DNA from: a virus
Taxonomy: Duplodnaviria; Caudoviricetes
Virus record (IMG/VR): IMGVR_UViG_3300008110_000430
Coordinates: 1-28,435 of that record
DNA: 28,435 nt
Reading direction: 5' to 3' (one strand)
The position numbers and the translations under genes were made by a program. The notes beneath the pieces are model-generated. The model was not told the origin of the DNA, searched no databases, and worked only from the letters and a program-made list of their open reading frames with translations. Shown here one piece after another: positions 23,936-28,435 of the stretch (position 1 is the first letter of the stretch; each line of letters begins with the position of its first letter).

Positions 23936-24889
23936 ATGGCATTTAACGTTTCTGCATTAGCAGATTACACAGAACAAAACGAAGCACTTTTGGTTACATC
24001 ATCTGTGCTTGGTGCTAAAACTGCATCTTTAATTAAGAGTGCAGGTAACGTGATGGTAGGTGTTAAATCATCTGAAACCATCAATATTATGGATACTGAT
24101 GCAATTTTCCAAAGCGGTGCATCTTGCGGATTTACTGCATCTGGTTCAACAACTTTCACACAAAGAACTGTGACTGTTGGAAAAATTAAAGTAAACGAGG
24201 CTCTTTGTCCAAAAGACCTTGAGGCTAAGTACTTGCAAAAAGCATTGCCTACAGGTTCAATGTATGACAGCATTCCATTCGAACAAGAGTTTTCTGAAAA
24301 GAAAGCTAAGAGAATTGCTGCTCAACTTGAAACTGCTCTTTGGCAAGGTGATACTGATTCAGTTAACGTAAACCTCAACAAATTTGATGGTTTGGTTAAA
24401 TTGATCGGTGCTGCATCTGGTGTTGTTGCTGCGAATGCATCAACTTACATTTCTGGTGCTCCTTTGTCAAGCATTACTGCTGCTAACGTAATCAGCATTT
24501 TTGATGGTGTTTACAAAGCAATCCCTGCTCAAGTTGTTGCTGCTGATGATATGACTATCTTCTGCGGTCAAGATTTGTTCAGAACTTACACAGTTGCATT
24601 GAAAGATGCTAACCAATTCCACTACTCAATTGATGTTAAAGCTGACAGCGAATTTATCCTGCCAGGTACAACTATCAAAGTGGTTGCGGTTGCAGGTTTG
24701 AATGGTACAAACAAAGTTTACGCAATGAGATTGAGTAACTTGTTTATCGGAACTGATCTTTTGAACGAAGAGGAAAAATTTGAAATCTTCTACGCAAAAG
24801 AAGCTGATCAGGTTCGTTTCGTATCTGAGTTCAAAATGGGTGTGAACATTGCATTCCCTGATGAAGTTGTGAAGTTCATCCTTGCATAA
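23936..24889 (+). CDS. Major capsid protein
   Basis: 317 aa; KIKVNEALCPKDL, ETALWQGD, KFDGLVK, NLFIGTDL; follows scaffold and precedes a terminator. Confidence 0.85.
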   Translation: MAFNVSALADYTEQNEALLVTSSVLGAKTASLIKSAGNVMVGVKSSETINIMDTDAIFQSGASCGFTASGSTTFTQRTVTVGKIKVNEALCPKDLEAKYLQKALPTGSMYDSIPFEQEFSEKKAKRIAAQLETALWQGDTDSVNVNLNKFDGLVKLIGAASGVVAANASTYISGAPLSSITAANVISIFDGVYKAIPAQVVAADDMTIFCGQDLFRTYTVALKDANQFHYSIDVKADSEFILPGTTIKVVAVAGLNGTNKVYAMRLSNLFIGTDLLNEEEKFEIFYAKEADQVRFVSEFKMGVNIAFPDEVVKFILA

Positions 24890-24894
24890 TATAC

Positions 24895-24923
24895 AGGGCA
24901 GCCTAAAAAACTGCCCTATTTTT
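24895..24923 (+). terminator. Rho-independent terminator
   Basis: AGGGCAG-N9-CTGCCCT followed by ATTTTT. Confidence 0.65.
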
Positions 24924-24945
24924 AAATACAATAAATTTATTTAAT

Positions 24946-25467
24946 ATGTCGTGTGCACTCAGTCAGAGCTACACATTAGATTGTAAAGATTCTTTAGGTG
25001 GCATTGTTGAGGTTTATTTCATGGCATCTCAAGATGTGGCATCTTACACAGTATCTGGTGGAGTGGTTACTGCTCTTACAAAAGATACAGGAAAGAGATT
25101 CTACAAATATGAATTAGTCAAAGCGACATCAAATTTTGTTGAGAATATAAATGCATCTGTTGAAAACGGAACAATATTTTATCAGCAGGAATTGACAGTT
25201 GTTTTAAATAAACTTCAAGTAAATACAAGAAACGAAATCTTGTTGTTAGCTAAAAATCTTTTAGTTGCTGTAGCTAAAGATAACAATGGTAAATATTGGT
25301 ACTTAGGATTGACAAGAGGACTTGACATCACAGCAGGTTCATCTCAATCAGGTACTGCAGAAGGTGACAGAAGTGGTTACACACTTACTTTCACAGCAAA
25401 AGAACCAGAACTTGCTCCTGAGGTAAACTCTACAGTTGCAGGTCAACTTACAACTGCAGGTTCATAA
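24946..25467 (+). CDS. Major tail tube protein (putative)
   Basis: CKDSLGGI, ENGTIFYQQEL, GDRSGYTLTFTAKE; beta-rich 173 aa. Confidence 0.7.
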   Translation: MSCALSQSYTLDCKDSLGGIVEVYFMASQDVASYTVSGGVVTALTKDTGKRFYKYELVKATSNFVENINASVENGTIFYQQELTVVLNKLQVNTRNEILLLAKNLLVAVAKDNNGKYWYLGLTRGLDITAGSSQSGTAEGDRSGYTLTFTAKEPELAPEVNSTVAGQLTTAGS

Positions 25468-25488
25468 TATATATAGATTCTAAGTCTT

Positions 25489-25522
25489 AATGCTCTACCT
25501 TTTTAGGTGGGGCATTTTTTTT
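25489..25522 (+). terminator. Rho-independent terminator
   Basis: AATGCTCTACCT-tttt-AGGTGGGGCATT followed by a T tract. Confidence 0.8.
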
Positions 25523-25551
25523 GTTAATATCCAACCTTTTCTGCATTTATA
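25523..25551 (+). promoter_or_regulatory. Putative phage late promoter
   Basis: GTTAATA-N14-CATTTATA, 4 nt before ATG 25556, immediately after a terminator. Confidence 0.6.
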
Positions 25552-25555
25552 GTTG

Positions 25556-25930
25556 ATGATACAACTAACAAAGGGACAAACTCAGTATATATATTTAACT
25601 TTAACTGAGAAACAGTTATTGTCAAATCCTAATTATTTGTTCATATTTACTAACAGGAGTTCAAATATTGAGGTTAAATTTGTATTGCTTAATGCTGCAG
25701 ATGTGAGTCAATATAAAGACAGATATAATAAATTTTCAATTGTCACAAATACTTATTTTGGCAGCAGCCTTAATGGTCAATGGACATATGATGTTTACGA
25801 GCAGGTAAGTACATCAAATACAAATCCTGCAGGTTTAAATAAATTGGAAAGTGGAATAATGATGTTAAATCAGGCAGCTACAGTATATACTGAGTATGCA
25901 ACTACAGACACTTATAAAATAAGAGAATGA
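25556..25930 (+). CDS. Virion structural protein (head-tail region)
   Basis: Beta-rich 124 aa; ATGA-coupled to portal. Confidence 0.55.
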   Translation: MIQLTKGQTQYIYLTLTEKQLLSNPNYLFIFTNRSSNIEVKFVLLNAADVSQYKDRYNKFSIVTNTYFGSSLNGQWTYDVYEQVSTSNTNPAGLNKLESGIMMLNQAATVYTEYATTDTYKIRE

Positions 25931-27735
25931 TAAGTAATCAGAACATAGGAAACTACGTTTTAGTACAATTTGCAGAGGCTAAACAACCTGAATACAGGGA
26001 AAAGAAAGGTGAAGGTTATATGCAGTATGGGGATAGAAATGATTATCCAACATATCTGGTAGAACTTTTTAATAAGTCTGCAAAACACAATGCAATTGTA
26101 AGAAATAAAGTTCACTACATTATCGGAAACGGATGGGTAGGAAGTGAGCAAAGTCAACCTTTCATTGATAGCCCAAACAGGAGTGAAAGTCTGGATGATC
26201 TTTCCAGAAAGGTTAGCTTAGATATTGAGTTATTTGGAGGTGCATACTTAGAGGTAATCTGGGGAATCGGAAAGGTTTCTGAGATTTGGCATTGTGATTA
26301 TACTAAGTTCAGAACAAATAAAGATAATACTCAATTCTGGTATAAGGAAGATTGGAAAGATACTAAAGAGAAATATGAGGTTTATCCTGCTTTTAATCCT
26401 AAGAACCCACAGGGAAAACAAATACTTTATTTAAAGGAATACAGACCTAATGGAGGTGTTTATTCCCTGCCTTCTTACTTTGGTGCTCTGAACTATATTG
26501 AGTCTGATATTGAGGTTTCTAAGCACGTTTTAGGCAATGCCAAAACAGGATTCTCTGCGAGTAAATTGATTACTCTTCCTAATGGTGAACCTTCACCTGA
26601 GGAGCAGAGAGTTGTACACAATAAGTTTAAGAACACTTATACAGGTGCTGATGGTATAAAATATATGTTAGCCTTTGTAAATGATGCATCCAGAAAACCA
26701 ATAGTTGATGACTTAGGGCAGTCTGATTTGACAAAAGAGGACTTTGGCAGAGTTGATGAATTGATCCAGACTAACATATTTAGCGGTCATCAGGTTACAA
26801 CTCCATCAATTTTCGGTATTGCAGTTGCAGGTAAGTTAGGAACAAGAACTGAAATGAGGGATGGATATGAGATTTTCAAAAATACTTACGTTAATGGTAA
26901 GCAAATGTTTTTGGAGGCTGCATTTAATATGTTATCAGGTTATGCAGGATACCCAGAAGATTTGAAAATCTTAGCAACTGAACCTGTTGGAATTGAGTTC
27001 AGCGAGTCAACCATTTTGCAAGTTGCTCCGAAAGAATGGATCATTGAGAAACTTGGTATTGACATGAGTAAATATCAGCAACCTGAGCAACCTGTTGAGC
27101 AGCCTGCACAAAATTTTGCTGATCAGTTTCAGGTGTTTTTCGAATTTGGTCAAGATAAAAGCGAATTTAATATCTGGAAAACCAAACATCTTTTTGGTGA
27201 TGTTGAGTTGTTTGCTGATGTAACGCAATTACAATCTAATGTTTTGGATTTAATTGCTAAGGACAAAAGAATAACTCCAGAAGTTATTGCAGATACATTA
27301 AAAGAAGATGTAGGATCAATTAAAAGAGTAATAGATTCACTCGAAAAAAATGGGTTTTTAAATATTAAAGAGTCTGTTATTGGAGAGGGTATTGATTCAA
27401 ATGTAGTTATAGAAAGAACATTAACTGCTCCTATTTCTGAGATAGTACAAAAGATAAAACCTGCAACAACTGAGTTTCTGATTAGGTATTCATATGAATG
27501 GAAAAAGGGAATCCCAACAAATCAAAAAGATACAATTAATCATCCCTCAAGAGAGTTTTGTAAATATCTAATGGAGGCAAATAAAATGTATTCCAGAAGT
27601 GAGATTGAACAAATGAGTGCAAGATTAGGATATTCTGTTTGGGATAGAAGGGGAGGTTGGTGGACTCAGCCTAATGGCAGTCATTCACCATCTTGCAGAC
27701 ATGAATGGGTTTCTAACATTGTAACAAGAAAATAA
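25927..27735 (+). CDS. Portal protein with C-terminal winged-helix and MuF-like Cys/His extension
   Basis: YGDRNDYP..L..LFNKSAKHNAIV, YSLPSYFGALNYIE, IFSGHQVTTPSIFGI; extension begins after a QP-rich linker. Confidence 0.8.
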   Translation: MISNQNIGNYVLVQFAEAKQPEYREKKGEGYMQYGDRNDYPTYLVELFNKSAKHNAIVRNKVHYIIGNGWVGSEQSQPFIDSPNRSESLDDLSRKVSLDIELFGGAYLEVIWGIGKVSEIWHCDYTKFRTNKDNTQFWYKEDWKDTKEKYEVYPAFNPKNPQGKQILYLKEYRPNGGVYSLPSYFGALNYIESDIEVSKHVLGNAKTGFSASKLITLPNGEPSPEEQRVVHNKFKNTYTGADGIKYMLAFVNDASRKPIVDDLGQSDLTKEDFGRVDELIQTNIFSGHQVTTPSIFGIAVAGKLGTRTEMRDGYEIFKNTYVNGKQMFLEAAFNMLSGYAGYPEDLKILATEPVGIEFSESTILQVAPKEWIIEKLGIDMSKYQQPEQPVEQPAQNFADQFQVFFEFGQDKSEFNIWKTKHLFGDVELFADVTQLQSNVLDLIAKDKRITPEVIADTLKEDVGSIKRVIDSLEKNGFLNIKESVIGEGIDSNVVIERTLTAPISEIVQKIKPATTEFLIRYSYEWKKGIPTNQKDTINHPSREFCKYLMEANKMYSRSEIEQMSARLGYSVWDRRGGWWTQPNGSHSPSCRHEWVSNIVTRK

Positions 27736-27736
27736 A

Positions 27737-28339
27737 ATGAGTTTAAACATACTTTTCATATCGGTTGATACGATCAAAGACAGAACAGGATTGCATAACA
27801 ATGTTGATGAAAAATTGATCCTGCCTGAAATTAAAGCAGCACAGGATATCTATATTTTACCTGCTTTGGGTTCTGCTCTTTACAATAGATTACAGGATGG
27901 TATTAATAACAATAATCTGACTCAGGCTGAAATAACCCTGATGAATGATTATATAGTGGACACATTAGTAAACTTTGTTTTAAGTGAATTGCCACAGGGA
28001 TTGAGTTTTCAATATTATAACAAAGGACTGCTAAGAAAAACAGGTGAAAATTTTGAATCACCTTCTATGCAGGACATGATTGATATTGCTAACAGATATA
28101 AAGGAAGAGCAGAATATTATAAACAAAGATTAATAAAGTATTTGAAAGAGCAATCATCAAAAGGTAATTTCCCTCTTTACTTGAATCCCGGTTCTGGTAT
28201 TGATACAGTAAGACCTGAACATGATGGTTATCATTCAACTATTTATTTGGGTGATGATACTTGCTGTGGGGATAGAAAATATTATAAAGATTTTAAATAC
28301 ATATATCAGGGCGATAATCCACCATGCTGTTATGAGTAA
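27737..28339 (+). CDS. Head-to-tail adaptor / head completion protein (putative)
   Basis: ILFISVDTIK...AQDIYILPALGSALY; helical; directly after portal. Confidence 0.6.
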   Translation: MSLNILFISVDTIKDRTGLHNNVDEKLILPEIKAAQDIYILPALGSALYNRLQDGINNNNLTQAEITLMNDYIVDTLVNFVLSELPQGLSFQYYNKGLLRKTGENFESPSMQDMIDIANRYKGRAEYYKQRLIKYLKEQSSKGNFPLYLNPGSGIDTVRPEHDGYHSTIYLGDDTCCGDRKYYKDFKYIYQGDNPPCCYE

Positions 28340-28389
28340 ACAAGCAAACTTAAAAAACCAAAAGAAATTGCAGATTTATCTGAAAAAAC

Positions 28390-28435
28390 ATGGCAACAAC
28401 ACTAACACTAAACCAAACGATAAAGGCTCTGACAG
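28390..28435 (+). CDS. Start of next structural gene, 3'-truncated
   Basis: MATTLTLNQTIKALT... open to the window end. Confidence 0.4.
   Translation, partial: MATTLTLNQTIKALT

Larger units (their letters stand above)
1..28435. mobile_element. Segment of a tailed dsDNA bacteriophage (Caudoviricetes, likely siphovirus) of Bacteroidota
   Basis: Terminase, portal, protease, capsid, tail, lysis and replication genes fill the window; Bacteroidota-type promoters; no host housekeeping genes. Confidence 0.95.

Noticed and set aside
23965-27228. Minus-strand ORFs within capsid and portal genes
   Set aside because: Antisense shadows of structural genes
1-28435. Apparent scarcity of GC-rich palindromes (GCGC, GGCC, CCGG) as restriction avoidance
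   Set aside because: Impression only; needs observed/expected k-mer counts against the low GC background

Overview
A 28.4-kb segment of an AT-rich tailed dsDNA phage (probably a siphovirus) infecting Bacteroidota. The host is inferred from eight TTTG-N19/20-TAnnTTTG-type promoters. No integrase or host genes are visible. Order: end of a late operon (unimolecular-spanin-like lipoprotein, terminator); a hairpin array; replication/recombination genes (Rad52/Sak-like annealing protein, SSB-like, DnaA-C HTH, initiator with internal iterons and a kissing-loop leader, VRR-NUC, phage sigma factor); glycosyltransferase, holin-like genes, M15 endolysin, exonuclease, HNH, methyltransferase; terminase; an early-gene island; tail genes with a -1 frameshift chaperone; prohead protease, scaffold, capsid, tail tube, portal and adaptors. 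The main finding is an XkdF-like prohead protease fused through a Gly/Cys linker to a complete zeta-toxin-like P-loop kinase. A 58-aa ORF missed by the ORF track abuts it on the opposite strand. That ORF carries the same putative late-promoter motif (GWTAWWW-N14-CATTTATW) and is a candidate antitoxin, suggesting a virion-linked toxin/immunity module. All family calls come from reading motifs by eye; no database searches were run.
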